Shown here: positions 1-14,600 of the stretch, in pieces
Numbering within the stretch: the first letter of the stretch is position 1
Layout of the letters: each line of letters starts with the position of its first letter
Source: Trichosphaerium sp. ATCC 40318
Taxonomy: Eukaryota > Protista > Tubulinea
Length of the DNA stretch: 64,000 bases
Direction: 5' to 3'
Assembly (NCBI GenBank): GCA_038496445.1
Contig: JALMLS010000279.1
Span: forward strand, 84,903 to 148,902
Notes under the pieces: model-generated
The model's input: only the letters and a program-made list of their open reading frames with translations
Database searches by the model: none
Told to the model about the DNA's origin: nothing
Translations under genes and position numbers: made by a program

Positions 1-298
1 GCTATTGCAAGATGGTGGTGATCTTCTCTTTAGCAATTAAAAACCTTTAAGACAACTTCCCCATGTATTAAATTATGGTTTCTTGGCTTGTCACCTTTTT
101 TGTTGATCAAAAGTTATTTTGACTGGTTTTTATTTAATACAACACAAACAGATACTTTTTCCTTTTATTTGGTCTGCTTGAATTCACTTATTCCTGTACC
201 ACAAAGGGCAACTAGCTCAAAAGTACTCTAAAGAAGAGAAATCAGAAAACAAGAGAAAACTAAGCCGAGAAATTAAAGACAATAGTGAACGCCAAATG

Positions 299-3200
299 TT
301 ACATTGTGTAAATGATGCAGTTAAGAATGTCACCCAAAGTAATGAGTTTTTGGGCAAAAAACGTAATACGCAGTTTATCTTGAACTACTTGCGCAACAGT
401 GGCTTCAAAACCAAGCTTGCTTTTCATTCTTACAAAAAAAAATCTTTTTTCAAAAAAAACACTTCTATGAGTTGTACCTGAATGCCTGGTTGATATGTGC
501 ATGGCACAATTATATATGGCTTATTTGCCTTAAATGATGTTTCTATGGTTACATATTGACTTGTGATAAAGTCAGTATACTCTACGCCCATGAATTCTAT
601 TTTCTTCAAAGACCGACCTGAAAACAACATCAACAAAAAAAACCCGGTTTTTGTCTTCACAACGTACTGCTTGCATTATAAATGTATAGTCCAATACCAG
701 GAAACTTTGCATGTTTTGGAGATGTATTAATGAGTATAATTTTAGCTTGTGCATCTCCAGAAGCACGAACTAGAAACTCTGGATTGCTATTGAAAGTCAA
801 CACGCTGAAAAAAAAAGAAACAAAAATGTGTACTCATTAAAACTGGCAGTATTTGTCTTACAACCGCCTGCATTAGCTTGATTCCATTCGCTCTAACAGA
901 ATATAAGAACAATATAATTTGCGAGTATTAATTCTTGGCTTTACCTGTAAACGTTGGACATCCCAACCAGATACGCTTTCGGAACGAATAATATTTTCAG
1001 TCGGCATACATCCTGTTTGTTAATTGTAAGCAACAGAGTTGTGAGGTGTGACATTAAACATACGTGCTGACGATAATGTTGCAACAGGTCCGCCTCTAGA
1101 TAATTGAGAAAGACCTTCTTTAAGTGCCCTATCATGAGAAAAGGTTAAGAAAAAAAGAAGAAAAAAAAGCCACATCTTTCTTTATACTTACGCATCTATG
1201 TTTTTTAAAGTTGTTGAAATTGTGCCAACAGATACCTTATATAGATACCCATCTTTGCTCTGCGCAGCAGAAAGCAAGTCTACAAACGCATCACATAGTT
1301 TATCGCCCAAAAGAAACAGTTGAGGTTGGTGTGAAGGGAAGAATCGACCAAGTACTGATAAGTATAATATGACTTTACCAAAATATGAGGTAAAATCTAC
1401 ATAACATATAGGCCGAACCTACTAGGTTGTAAGAGATGCTACATCGAAGATATTAACAAACTAATATTATCTTACCCTAAACTGCTCTACCAGCTCTGAT
1501 ATAATCTCACCAATCACAATCATTGCGTCTTTAGCATCACTAGCAACTTGATGTGGATGAAACAATTGTTGCTCTTCAATCGTCGTGAACTGAGCTTAAC
1601 AGGACAACAGACGTTAGCTTAATGATTTGAGGATAGAGTAAATTTAGTACTTCTCATGCGCTGTGCAAGTCCCGATACAAGGGTATCTACGATAACACGC
1701 ATGTTACCGTTAACACCAACATTTCCACAAAGAGTTCTTAACTGTTGAAGACAAAAAAAAGTAAGCATTACGTTGAAGGCGGTAGATTTTGGTGACGTAC
1801 AGCGGCATGTTTTGGATAGTAAGCTTTCATTATCTTTAGTATAGATGGTAGTAATTCAGTTACAGGTGTAACAAAGAATACAAAGTCATCACCTAACCAG
1901 TAAAATCAATACACGAAAAGAACCATGCACAGTTTTTTTTCAAGCAACCCAAAAAAAAAAAAAGAAAAAACGAGATAGTAATACACTTACGTCTCATTCT
2001 TTTATGACCTATATCGGTAACATCTGCCAGCCTATCTAAGAACTCTATATATTTCTTTATATGAGGTACAATTGTTGCAATATAATCAAAGAAATCATGT
2101 TTTACGCTATCTTCGAATATCAATGCAAGATTGTTACCAATATTATCTATATGAGTAGCTACAACATTCACAAACCCTTTGACATACCTAAACCAGTTAT
2201 AAAAGTGATATAGAAGCAATTTTCTTAAAAGCAATCCGATGTAAAGTAAGTGACATACGCTAAAAATTCATCATTGTTCAAATTTATAATCAACTCATAG
2301 TCTTTGTTGCAATAGCCCACCATAGACTTTACATCACCGGCAATAAGTCTTAATAACTCTGATAAATCTTGAAGCTGTGACACGTCTGGTGGAGAACTCA
2401 TTCTATCCAAAGACGACTTGATATGAGAAAACAAAGCGCCTCTGTCAATCTGACAACAAAATCCAATAAATATCAGGTAAAGGTTTCTAATTAAGTGCTA
2501 CTAACCCCAGAAGATTGTTTGCCACCTGATACTGCAGCATCTTGTGTGCGTTGAGAAGACGCATTTATACCAATAATAGGTCTAGTAGTCGTCTTGGTTG
2601 CCTGTCCAATTCGTTATTAGATTGACAGATTTTGTCTAGCTAAATGTTGTTTTAACTCACTGTGAACATCGGGGAGGTTATAGGTGCTGTTTTAGGTGCG
2701 GTTTCGGTTGTGTTTATCGTAGCTGTATACATAGCTGGTGATGTGGTTTGTTTTTGTGGTTTCTTGGACGTGACCTAAGTGACAAAATCAAAACAGAGGA
2801 AAGACATCTGATAGCCAGAAAAAAAAATATATCGTACACCAAACAGTTGTGGTTTTTTCACGACTGGTGCAGGAGGTTTATACTGTTTCTGTACTGGAGG
2901 TGATAGAGGGGTTGGAGGATGAGGTGGTGGCGTTGTTTGCACAACAGGTTGTTCCGCTTGGACCTGAGGTTTCTCCGCTTGAAATGTTTGTTTCTGAACG
3001 GCTCGTTCTATTACAATTTGCTTTGGCGCCTCTGCAACCTTCTAAAATAATACAAACTGTCAGGTAACACTTTGCAGAAAAAAAATACGCACTTCTTGCG
3101 TTTGTGCTGGTTCTTCGTCAAAAAATTGATCCATAAGATCATCAAGGTCATCAGTCATGCCTGCCTGCGGTTCGGAGTTAATATAGTCCAAACAAAGGAC

Positions 3201-3576
3201 GTTTCGTTTTACTAGGCCGAAAAACTTGCAAGGTGGCGACCGATCGCTACATTATAGTCTTTGCGTACGTTTACAGTAGATTGCCTTGGGTCATCAAAGA
3301 AATCATCTAACAGTTGGTCTAAAGCATCTTTTTCGCCCTTTTGCGTATTTTAGAGCAAAATACGTAAAAGAGACGTTTTTGTCACAAAGTAAAACAGGCA
3401 AAAGCGCGTACAGCTTCTTCAGGTACAACAACTTTCTTTTGTGGCTCTGTAGGAGCTAATAGATTGTTTTATGCTTAATTGGTTACTCAAACGTTCGTAC
3501 CTGTGTCTGGTTTCGAGTATACAATGTCGTTTAGCTCATTAAGCATACTATCTAAATCATCACCAAGTTCCGCCAT
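299..3576 (-). CDS. Multi-exon protein: three N-terminal LD-like motifs, Pro/Thr-rich linker, helical middle region, C-terminal calpain domain III (C2L)
   Basis: ATG at 3576 gives MAELGDDLDSMLNELND. Later exons give DALDQLLDDFF and DDLDDLMDQFF. 3' exons give GWDVQRLQ|SEWNQANAGGC and YIIVPCTYQPGIQ|DKLRITFF, typical calpain_III motifs. No catalytic CysPc motif seen. Internal exon boundaries are approximate. Confidence 0.65.
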
Positions 3577-4273
3577 GATTTAATTATGTAACCACAAAAT
3601 AAATTTGGTGCGGTTAAGCCTAATTCTAACTACCGTTAATGTAACCCTCGCCTTACAGTTCCTTTGGGCTAATGAAGACGTTAGCTAAACCACTTGAAGT
3701 AAGCGGTTAAAAGTTGAAACAAAAAAAAGCATGCCCAAACTTAGGTTCTCAAGCGTATCCGAGACTATCTGTGCGCTTAGGCTACTGCGAGTCGAAATAC
3801 TGAGGGCCTAGTGATTGTAACGCCTTAAAATAACCTGCTTTTACCGTACGTTAACAAACGTGGCGACCTCCAGCAAAAATTCAACAAATCGAAAAGGTTT
3901 GTATCCACCTTTCTTATTTTTTTCTAAGTTTAAAATAGCCGTTTGGGTAACAAGTCGAAGTACTATCAGAAAACGTTTTAGAAAAATATGTTATACGATA
4001 TTAGAACAATTTACATAATTTTTCTAAACGTTTAGAGTTTGTAAGTAAAAATAACTCACAATTCTATCTCATTTTTTTCCGTGTTTTTATGCACTGAGAA
4101 AAAAATTCATTATTTTCAAGCTTTGCGCTTTTAAACACGTACGAAGGTATGTATTTTATACTAATACGTGCTTTTAAACACTCCGCACGCCTACAAACGA
4201 CAAAAGGACTCTTTTCTCCTGATTTTCGTTCCAACTCGCTCTAAAGCTGTTCTAGCCCCACTTGCAATTTAAT

Positions 4274-6240
4274 ATGAGTTACGAAGGAGAACCACAAACC
4301 ACAGAAGAGCAACCTAGCAACCCTTAGTAAGTTTCGTCACATCTTCAGTTCTGTATGCTTATAATAAAAGCGAGGACAATGCTCCTCCTGCTGACGAGGC
4401 CCCTGAAGCCGAAAACCCTTACGAGGAGGGAACTGCCGAATCTAACATCGAGGACGAAGCTATTGACTCTTTCGATAACATGGGCTTGAAACCTGATCTC
4501 TTGCGTGGTATTTACGCTTACGGTTTCGAAAAACCATCTACCATTCAACAACGCGCAATTCTTCCATTCACAAGGTATTTCAGCGTTATTGAGACGTTTT
4601 TTACTAAATATTACGCTTATTTCCTTGCTTTTCCTAACTTGTATTTCCCATTTAGAGGCCGTGATATCATTGCCCAAGCTCAATCCGGTACCGGTAAGAC
4701 CGCTACTTTCGCTGTTGGTATTTTGCAATCGATCGACAACAACGTCGCACAAGCACAAGCTCTTATCCTTGCACCAACCCGCGAACTTGCTCAACAAATT
4801 CAAAAAGTAAGCACAAAGTTATTCTCTTTTAAAAAAATCAAAAAGTTGAATTCCAGAGTTTCCTCTTTTTACTTTATTCTAACATTGTATTTTAGGCCAC
4901 CCAAGCTCTAGGTGACTACCTTAAAGTCCGTGTACACGCCTGTATTGGTGGTACTCGTGTCAGAGACGATCTAGCTGCTTTGCGCCAAGGTTAGTTTAAA
5001 ATAGATAATATAACTACCAAACGGCGAATTCAGAACTAATTTGTTTATATTAGGTGTCCACGTAGTTGTCGGTACCCCTGGTCGTGTATTCGATATGCTT
5101 TCCCGCCGCGCTCTCCCTCCATCGTACATCAAGGCTTTCGTACTCGATGAAGCCGATGAGATGCTTTCCCTTGGTTTCAAGGAGCAAATCTACGAAATCT
5201 TCAGGGTACACTAAGTTTAATTTGTTTTTTCGTCTATTTCTCTCCAATACGCTTTAGCCTTTATTAAATCGTTTTTAGAAATTGCCATCTGATGTCCAAG
5301 TCGGTCTTTTCTCCGCTACCATGCCTCGTGATGCTTTGGAAATCACCAAAAAATTCATGAACAAGCCAATCCAAATTTTGGTAAAACAAGACGAACTTAC
5401 CCTTGAAGGTACGCTTTATAACGCGATTGTTGGAAAATATTTTCTTGATTGGATAAAATCCATTTATTGCGCTTTTGTTTTTAATTTGTAGTGATGCTCT
5501 TATATTGCGTTTCTAATACTTGTGTAAGGTATTCGTCAATTTTTCATCAACGTCGAACGTGGTGACTGGAAACTCGAAACCCTCATTGATTTATACGAGA
5601 CAATCTCAATCTCCCAAGCTGTTATTTTCTGCAACACCAGAAGGAAGGTCGACTGGCTCACCGACCAATTGCGTGGAAGAGAATTCACAGTATCTGCCAC
5701 TGTACGTTTACATTCTTTGTTGCGTATACTTCTATGTTGCATAGTTTTCTTTGCTTTTTGTTTAAGTTGTTTTCATTCGCTCATGTTTTTCCGTAGCATG
5801 GTGATATCGACCAAAAAGAGCGTGATGAGATTATGGGCGACTTCAGAAGCGGTCAATCCCGTATCTTGATCACCACTGATCTTCTCGCTCGTGGTATTGA
5901 TGTACAACAAGTTTCTCTCGTTGGTACGTTTTTTGGATTTTAAAGCATAGTGTTATCGTTGCTTGTCTTCTAGTGTATTGATTGTTGTTTTAGTAAACTA
6001 CGATTTACCACGTAACTTGGAGAACTACATCCATCGTATCGGTCGTTCTGGTCGTTTCGGTAGAAAGGGTGTTGCCATCAACCTTGTCACCAAGGATGAT
6101 CTCCATACCTTGCAAGACTTGGAGAGATTTTACAACACCAATGTCGAACCTATGCCTGTACGTTTTTAGTTTGAAGAGCAAGGTGTTTTTCTTTATTTAC
6201 TGATTTTTGCTTTCAGGCCAACATCGCGGATCTCTTGTAG
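4274..6240 (+). CDS. eIF4A: Eukaryotic translation initiation factor 4A (DEAD-box helicase), multi-exon
   Basis: [75 protein letters not shown]; ends MP|ANIADLL*. Confidence 0.97.
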
Positions 6241-6412
6241 ATATAAATGCATTGTGCATTACGGGAATAATAACATTATACTTTCCCATTTTTAAAAAAT
6301 TCATTGTTGTTTGGTTCGGGTTCCTTGTATTAGTACCGAAATAAAAGGATATTCGTTAATTTGACGTGTTGTTGTTTCCTTTACCTTCCAATTGAAGTTA
6401 TTGTAATATATA

Positions 6413-6890
6413 TTGTCGTACTTTGATATTCCTCAATCATCTCTTTGTGCGGTTGTCAGAACGTGCCGATTGCTTGCACAAGTGGTATGGGAGCACATAT
6501 CAATACGAGAGGTCTCGTTAACACATTGGCGTGATTTGTTAGAGGAAAAGTATTGCAACCTTGCAGGTGTCCACGCTATCAAGTTAATCAATTGTAATAA
6601 GATTACAGGCTCAGGTGTTCAAGCTCTGGTGGTGTGCATTCAATTGATGTAACATTCTGTGGCGTAGTTACAGACATAGGATTTAGTGCGTTGAAAGGTG
6701 TATATGGACTATGTGCTAATTACAGCACTAATATTAGATGGATATCTCTTTCTGGTATATCAATACTACAGGTATCTAATTGTCCAAGAGTTACAGATGT
6801 TGGTGTGTCATCGCTTGTTGGTATCAAAGAGCTCTAATGTGTCATGGTGTAACTTGTTAATGATAATGATATAAAGGACTCACTAGCCTA
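6413..6890 (+). pseudogene. Frameshifted intronless F-box/LRR relic of the 'AGVHTI' LRR family
   Basis: LRR pieces LAGVHAIKLINCNKITGSG, HSIDVTFCGVVTDIG and VSNCPRVTDVG lie in different frames with no splice sites; resembles 39331-40410. Confidence 0.6.
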
Positions 6891-7198
6891 TAATATTGTA
6901 TTGCTTACAAGAGCATAGTTTTTGTCACCTCGCCAAGAGCTTTGTTTGCGACATTTGCATTCGTGTAGGTCACGTGCCAGACTTGGGAAAGAGTTTACAG
7001 GCTTGTTAAAAGTGAATTTGACAACGTATTAGTACTCTTCGTGGTGCGGCTCGAGTTAACGAAATTGATTCAAAACTTAACTTTGCAAAGTTCTCTGAAA
7101 TTCTAGCGACATCATACTATCGTTTTTAGATTTTACACCAGTACTCTGTGTTCTCAGGGAACGACTAGTAGTTTGGTAGAGTTTTGTACGCGGGAACG

Positions 7199-9875
7199 AT
7201 GGCAGATACGCTACGTAAGCGCAAACGCACGAAAGAAGAGAAAACAAACGATGAGGAACCCAGTAGTACAACTAGTGACGACACAGATGATACCTCAGTA
7301 AAAGCTAGCGATTCACAAATCAAAACGTTGGAAAAGCGTATACAGGATGCCAGACGTGTATTTGAGCGGCAACTGACAAAAATACGCGAAGAACACGAGC
7401 AAAAAATATATGTCGCAATCATTGCCGGTATCGCGCTTACCTTAGCAGTGCTAGGAGCTTTAGGTACTAATAGCGCTCTAAAACTTATGCTTACCTCCAA
7501 AAGCCGTTATTTACGCGCCAGACACGATTAAAGAAGGCTGGGACCCTTTACTTAACGACACTGTAGCATATGTAAATGGCACAGCAGGTACAAAAAAAAT
7601 TAGTTATAAACGTTTAAAAACGCCTGGCAACAACCTCAACGCGTACTAGAAATACTATCGAGCTACTGGAAAAACGCAACTCAACCGTTTGTGTCACGAA
7701 CAGTAAAAGATCGGCCCGGAGAGACACTCAGTAAAGCAGGATACGGTGTCCATCATCCAGTTATTATGATACCAGGCAAGAAGCAGAGGAAAAAACACTT
7801 TCACATGATTTTGTTAATTTGTTTTAAAGGTTTGGTTACCTCTCATTTGGAGCTTTGGAAGGCTAATGATGATTGGCCGGGTTTCTTTCGTCAAAGACTT
7901 TGGGGATCAATTGACATGGTACAATGCTTATTACGTAATCCTGCACTTTGGGTAAAGTACATGCAGCTTAACACAACAACTGGTACGTTTTGCTTTTTTT
8001 TTTTTCGCTTCTGAACTTTTCTTGGTTATTAATTGTCTTCCAGGTCTTGATCCAGATGGTATTAAACTGCGTGCTGTTGAAGGATTTTCTGGAGCAGATT
8101 ACTTGTTACCGAGTTACTGGGTGAGTGGAGTACCAGGAACTGAGGATACTTACCATACTATTAATAGGTTTTTGCTAAGCTGATTCAAAATCTTGGAGAC
8201 TTAGGTTATGATTCATCAACCATGCACATGGCCAGTTACGATTGGAGGTTAGCTACACCATTGCTAGAGAAAAGAGATAATTATTTCTCGAGACTAAAGG
8301 TACAACATGTTTATACTTTACGGCATAACCGCCGTTAGTTAAAAGCTCATTACTTAGAACACATTTTCTGACTTTTTTCCTTTAGAGTACTATACAGGAG
8401 CTAGTAAAATTCCGTGAGAAGAAGGTAGTCGTGTATGCTCATAGTATGGGCACAAATGTATTTTATTACTTTCTAAATTGGGTCAAACATCGTGATCCTA
8501 CATGGGTGGCACGTGATTTTTTTGTAGAAGAAGTTTTTGACTGTGTACTTACTTTATGACTAGGATAAACATGTTGATTCGTTTATTCCTATAGGAGGAC
8601 CATTCTTGGGTGTATCTAAGGCAGTGTCAACATACTTATCAGGTAAGACTAGATTAAGAACTTTTTTTTCGTATACGTTTGAAAAAGTCACTGTTTCTTT
8701 TATTTTACTACACCTGTTGATGGAAATCGTTTTTTTATGACTTTTTTTGCGTGTGCTTATGTGTTTTTGTAGCTCAGATGCGTGAGACTTCACAATTTGC
8801 TGCTGTTATGCCAATAATCAATCAGATTGTTACTCATAAAGATCGCTTACAAATCTTTCGAAGTTTCTATTCAGGTGGCTCTATGCTACCTAAAGGTAAC
8901 TTGTTGCAATGACGTATATTATATAAACTATAAATAGGTGGTAATCTCGTTTGGGGTGACGAATCCGGCGCTCCAGATGACTTGGAAGGTTTCAGCGTTA
9001 AGCACTTTTTAAAGTTTGACGAAGACGGCACAGCAAAGAACTTGACATTAGATGAGTCTCTTGAGTTCTTGTGGGATCAACTTGGTTCTCCATATGCTGA
9101 GTTACTACAAAATTGGTAAGCACTCTCGAAGCAACAGAGTTCGTTTTTCGCAAAACTGTACAGAATACTTACAAAAAAAAAAGGTATTCACTTGGCGTTG
9201 CAAAAAACCTTTCAGATCCGAAGTATGACAACGAAAAGTACTGGACAAATCCTCTTGAATCATCTCTACCGAATGCGCCTAATTTTAAAATATTTTGTTT
9301 GTATGGCGTTGGTCAAGACTCTGAGAGGTAATCCTATAAAAAAATTCTGCAAAAGAAATTAACATCTGTTTTAGAGGTGCTTGGTACACAAAGGCTGCTT
9401 CTAACAGTTCTGCAACTGAATACGTTGTAAACGCATCCAAAAATAATAAAGAATGTAATATAAGCTATGGTATGCAAATTGGAGAGGGAGATCACACAGT
9501 ACCATTATTATCCCTTGGGTACGAGCTTGAAGAAAAAAAAAGTGTTGTTGCTGATATTCTTGTTGTAGCTACATGTGTGTTAAGGGTTGGAATATAAAGA
9601 GATATAATCCACATGGCGTAAAGGTTATAACTAGAGAATTTGAACATAAACCTGAGTGGGGAACATCAAGAGGAGGTGGTTCTTCAGCTGATCATGTTGA
9701 TTTACTTGGAAACGATGATTTCTTAACTCATGCTTTAAAAATCGCGTCTGGGCGCATAGACGATATCAGCGATAATAGAATATTCAGCAAGTACGCAATT
9801 TATATTTAGTAAAATACACAACTCACTGTATGCTATAGAATAGAGGAATACTCAGAGAAGGTGAAGCTATCGTGA
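7199..9875 (+). CDS. Phospholipid:diacylglycerol acyltransferase (PDAT/Lro1, LCAT family), N-terminal TM helix
   Basis: HHPVIMIPG|LVTSHLELW, FRQRLWGS, DPDGIKLRA, ASYDWRL, AHSMG nucleophile motif (~8437), YWTNPLE..LPNAP..KIFCLYGVG, GEGDHTVP, ADHVDLLGN. Confidence 0.92.
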
Positions 9876-10082
9876 AGCCAATAAAAAAAAAAACTACAAA
9901 CTAAAATAAAAAAAATCTAAAAATAAGTTGGCATTTCACTCGACATCAAAAAAAACCGAAGACGAACAAAAGTTGTGTAAATAAATACAATAAATACAAC
10001 TCTTTTATTTCTTGTTTAAATTACAGTTAATTGAATATGTACAAGTCAGTCATTGACTATTATTATAATACAAATCGAACTT

Positions 10083-10596
10083 TTATGAAATGGGTGGCAT
10101 AGATTTTCTGATATTACGAGCCCTATCACGTGTTCTACATGTTGGGTTTTCCTGAAGCTCTAAAAAAATTGTTGTTAGTCAAGCGCGCCTTGTGTTTTTA
10201 TGTTGTGTACATACCAGATGATTTATCCAACCAGAAAACTGCACGTTCCGCCTTTTTTTCCGCTTGTAATACCATAGCAAAGGCAAAGCATAAATTTGCT
10301 AAACGTAAACCTTGCTCTTTGCTTGATATCATTTTTTGAGTCTTTAGGCACCATTGCTGCGCTTGTATATCCCTTGCTGTCATCCACATCTGTTAAATCA
10401 AATGTTAATTCCTAGCTCCCAAAACACGTGGTTCTAGACGTACTTGAGTTACATCTAAGTTGAGGGCAAAGTAGTCTTCGTGTACTTTTGGCATTGTTTG
10501 CATAGTTACAGCATGTACCGAGCGGTTCAATACAGATGCATGGTCAATCAGCATCTTTCTAATTGGCGCGCTATTCGCTCTTCTTCTTCTGCTCAT
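10083..10596 (-). CDS. Small 3-exon hypothetical protein (~135 aa), possible TPR-like helices
   Basis: Exons join in frame through GTACGT/GTATGT...AG introns: ...LNLDVTQ|MWMTARDIQ...AVFWLDKSS|ELQENPTC...MPPIS*. The 5' end may extend further. Confidence 0.45.
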
Positions 10597-11490
10597 CTCA
10601 CCGTTGGTTTTTTGTAATTTTATGTATGACTGTTGATGACGTTAATCTACATAGTTCTTTTCTCAATACAGTATTTACTTCAGTTGTACCTATGTAGTTT
10701 ATTCTCCGATTTCAACACATTCACGTTGTTACACGTTGGTATACATATTTGAGCACGTGATTCCTCCGGGACATTGTATTATAAGTGTGGTCAGGTATAG
10801 AAGCGGCTGAGAGCCTGGTAGATGTATCGGAGTTGATGTAAGTGTAAAACTAGCTTCGACTTGGTGTACGAGGTTGCGTGTATAGTCTAGTTTTTGTTTC
10901 TTAGTTGTCTCTGTATTTCATCATGGAGTCCAGCTCCAGAAATGAGTATCTCCGTAAATGTCCGCTTCAGGGTTCAAGAGTGTTTGAGCGGTTACAGGTC
11001 TTTTTGAAACTATATTCTCGGTTGGAATCGCCGAATAGTACAATGTGACTCATTTCCCTTGCGAACTTTACGGTTCGGTTTCTGAGTTATCAACAACTAA
11101 ATAGCCAATCATCCCTGTTGCTGTAGACCGTCGACACGTCGTGTTAAACTGTACTATAGAAGTTATAACTCTGACGTTTGGGAAAGCTACCGACAATGTA
11201 TAAGTGGGAACTAGCACGGGCGGTGGTTACATTTTTATACTTCGGACGAAGCAACAGAGCCTAGGGGGTATTTAGAAAGACAATGAGATTATTATCGTAA
11301 CCTAAAATTACTTGTCAGTGATAGCTTTACAAGAATAAATCAAGAACTGTTTGTATACAAGTGTATTATAGATAGCGGAGTAATAGCGGTTAATACCATC
11401 GGTATTAAATGCGATATGTCAACTGCTTGCCATCGCACTAATCTTACGAGAAAAGCACAAACCATTCAATTCGTGCCTAAAAATTCTCTT

Positions 11491-11596
11491 GTCACGTGTC
11501 ACCAATAGTCACTTCCATCAACACCACAGTTTTTCCGTGTGTTCGTTTAAACATGTTTTACCATAGTTTGTCCGTGTGTTCGTTTAACCATGTTTT
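11491..11596 (+). promoter_or_regulatory. Putative promoter of protease copy A: E-box plus CCAAT block and a 37-bp tandem duplication
   Basis: GTCACGTGTCACCAATAGTCACTTCCATCA is conserved upstream of copy B (~18591-18620). Tandem units at 11523-11559 and 11560-11596; copy B has a single diverged unit. Confidence 0.45.
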
Positions 11597-11614
11597 TTTT
11601 CACAAAAGCACACG

Positions 11615-14600
11615 ATGAGCTTCATCTCCGTCGCTTTGCTATTCGTATCCTGTATCTTTACCAGTGTTATGCTAGCGGATCAAACTAGCCACAAGCTGAC
11701 AGCAAAAGAGTTTGTGTTCTCTTATCAAAATCTTCGAACCAAACGTGCTGTTGAGTCCAGGTATGTGGTTCCAGGCTTGTAAGGAGGTTGATGGTTTTTT
11801 AGTGATGTATTGGAGATATCCGACGTGAGATATGGTCTAAAGGACATTACACTGTTTCTTAAACGCTCTATGAAAAGTAACCCAGGTACACAGTTTTCTT
11901 TTGATTGTAATTTTATTTTTCCGGCGCTGACGGAATAGTCTATGTAAAAGGAGACCGGGTAAACACTACTAAGGCCAAAGCTGCTATATTTACTGGCCAT
12001 ATCATTGGAGACTCTGATAGTATAGTGGTACGCTCGTTTTCCTGTCGTTTCAGGCCAAAACACGTGTACATTGTGGGTTGACCCTACATTTTTTTAACAC
12101 TGCCTGTTTTATAGGAGATTGTGAAGTGCAGGTTTTAGTTTTTTTTTTTAAAGTGTGTACTAACTATAAATAGGTTGTCCTACTGCGAGACTCTAAGATC
12201 ATGGGTATGGTTCATCTATCGGATGGCGAGGATCATTCTCTTACTTTTAACGAAACATTGTATCTCGTACCTATTGTGTACAATGTGTCACGCGATCACC
12301 CAAAGCATCTCAACAGCTGTGCTACGCATGTTGACAACAAATCCGCTTGGCGAGGATACAAACGAAGTGTCCAGGCCACCAAACGCTCGTTGATTCCAAC
12401 TTGTTCTACAAATGGGGTTTCAAACTTCAACGGAAAACAGTACAACCTTCGACTAGCCATAGAATCAAATCCAGCTTATTTGGCTCGGTTTGCGTCTTCA
12501 ACTGAAGCATCAGACTATATGGATCTTGTTGTAGCTACGGTACGATTTACTGCGCTTAAGGTTGTGATTTCTAACTCCTTTCGCACAGGTTTCAGCTATC
12601 TACCTGCGTGACTTTTATGCCACTGTAGATCTTGTGATACACAATCTAGACAGTCCTCACGGGGAAGACAGAGATGTAATGAAAACTCATTATCTTGCAA
12701 ATCCACCTACACAAGACTATGACTTTGGTATTGCGGTACGGGGTGGAAGCGGTGGTGGCTATGCAACAGTTGGTAAGTAATTTTACACGGTATATTTGAA
12801 AAGAATTACTAAAACATCAAAAAAGGAGGTCTGTGTTTGACTAACAAACAGTTTGGACATGTCGGATTTGCGACAACTTATGCAACCTCTGCTTACAATG
12901 CAAAACATGACATTTACATTCTTGGACACGAGGTACTTTCAAAATCCAATTACCACAAAATTCACTACAGTTGGCTAACATTTTGTTAGATCGGTCATCT
13001 TATTGGTTCTCAACACACATTCCATTCTGATTATACTCCTAAAATAGATGATTGCGATTATAATGGTATCAACCCTGCACCCGCTGATGGAGGTATAGTG
13101 TTTTTGTGTTTGTTTGTTGCTGCTTACAAATGTTTACTTGCTTTAGGTACAATTATGAGTTACTGTCATACTACAGGCTATCATAACATCAACTTGTACA
13201 TGGGAAAAGTTGGAGCATTTGGTTACCAGCACGTGCAAACTTGATTACTTGTCTAAATACTAACACGTTTTTTCTCTAAAAATAGGAGCGAAAGAGTAAA
13301 TCAATTCATTCGTGATTATCTTGAAGACAAAGAAACATGTGCCAACCTAGCTTCCGAACCTTATGTAGTACGGTCAAATATCATTACTCGTGCCTTTTCT
13401 AAATCAACAATCGTAGGCACCGACACCTACCCTCCCTACTTTGTCAGGATCTGTTCCAGGAAGAATTGATGCAATTGAGTTTGTGGCGTTTTCAGATACA
13501 ACTCTCGGTTCACAAAGTACGAATTAACCAATTTATAAATGAATTTACAACCTTTGCATACACAGCTTCTTTGTCAGTCTGCTAGCGAGGAAACACTTAA
13601 TTTTGTTCTTTAAATTTTTTAACAACGTTTTCTTCTAGGATCCACATTTGGAGATTTGTGTTGTAAACAAGACTATTATCAAGAATTTAAGTCTTCACAA
13701 TACCTTCCAGATATTATACCAAGAGATGCTAATGGAGATTGCGCTATTGGGAACATAGAGGCAAACGAATATATCGAGTACAATGTAGATTTTGGTGAAT
13801 CAAGCCAATATACATTCGAGTTGTCCTATGCGCGAGGCGACTCATGTGATACATCTGTTACAATAATTGTAGATGGAGTAGAACTGGAAACACTAAACGC
13901 TCCAAGTACTGGAGATTGGAACACGTACAGCACAGTATCTGTACATCTCGGAAATTACAAGATTGATGATGGCGAAAAAACTGTTAGACTTCTCTTTCCT
14001 GACGGCGGCTTGAACATTCAGTGGTTTGATATGCAAACAGCTGTACCCTTCCTAGAGACTATATCGGGTACTATACCTGGTCTTATTCGTGGTTCTGACT
14101 TTGTTGATTTCTTGGATGATACTCTTGGAGTACAAAGTACGTTTGTTGTGAGCATGTGAATCAATTTCGATGTTTTAAAGTGCACTTTTACTTTGTACTT
14201 ATCACACTTAACAGATTACCAACCCCAAGAGGATTATTGTGGCAAAAACCCGTACATTGACGCCAATAGAGCTACAACGAATCTCCCTGACTTATCCAAA
14301 AAAAATGCGGATGGATATTGTATCGTTCTAAGAATCAATGCAAATGAGTACATTACTTATCGAGTCCATGTTGATGCTCCAGGAGAATACGACTTTGAAA
14401 TCAAAATCTCTAGAGGTCAGCCAGGGTGGAAGAATTTCGAGATTCTTGTGGACGATGTGTCAGCGGGTGTATTCACTATGATCCCTAATCTTAGTTGGAG
14501 TACCTTCGTTACAAGAACATTTTCTCTTGATCATTATTTCACAGAAGGATTACATGACATCAAACTGCTTTTTCTGCAGAGTGGTACTATCAGCACTTTC

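Noticed and set aside
4345-4803. 152-aa minus-strand ORF
   Set aside because: Antisense shadow of eIF4A exons.
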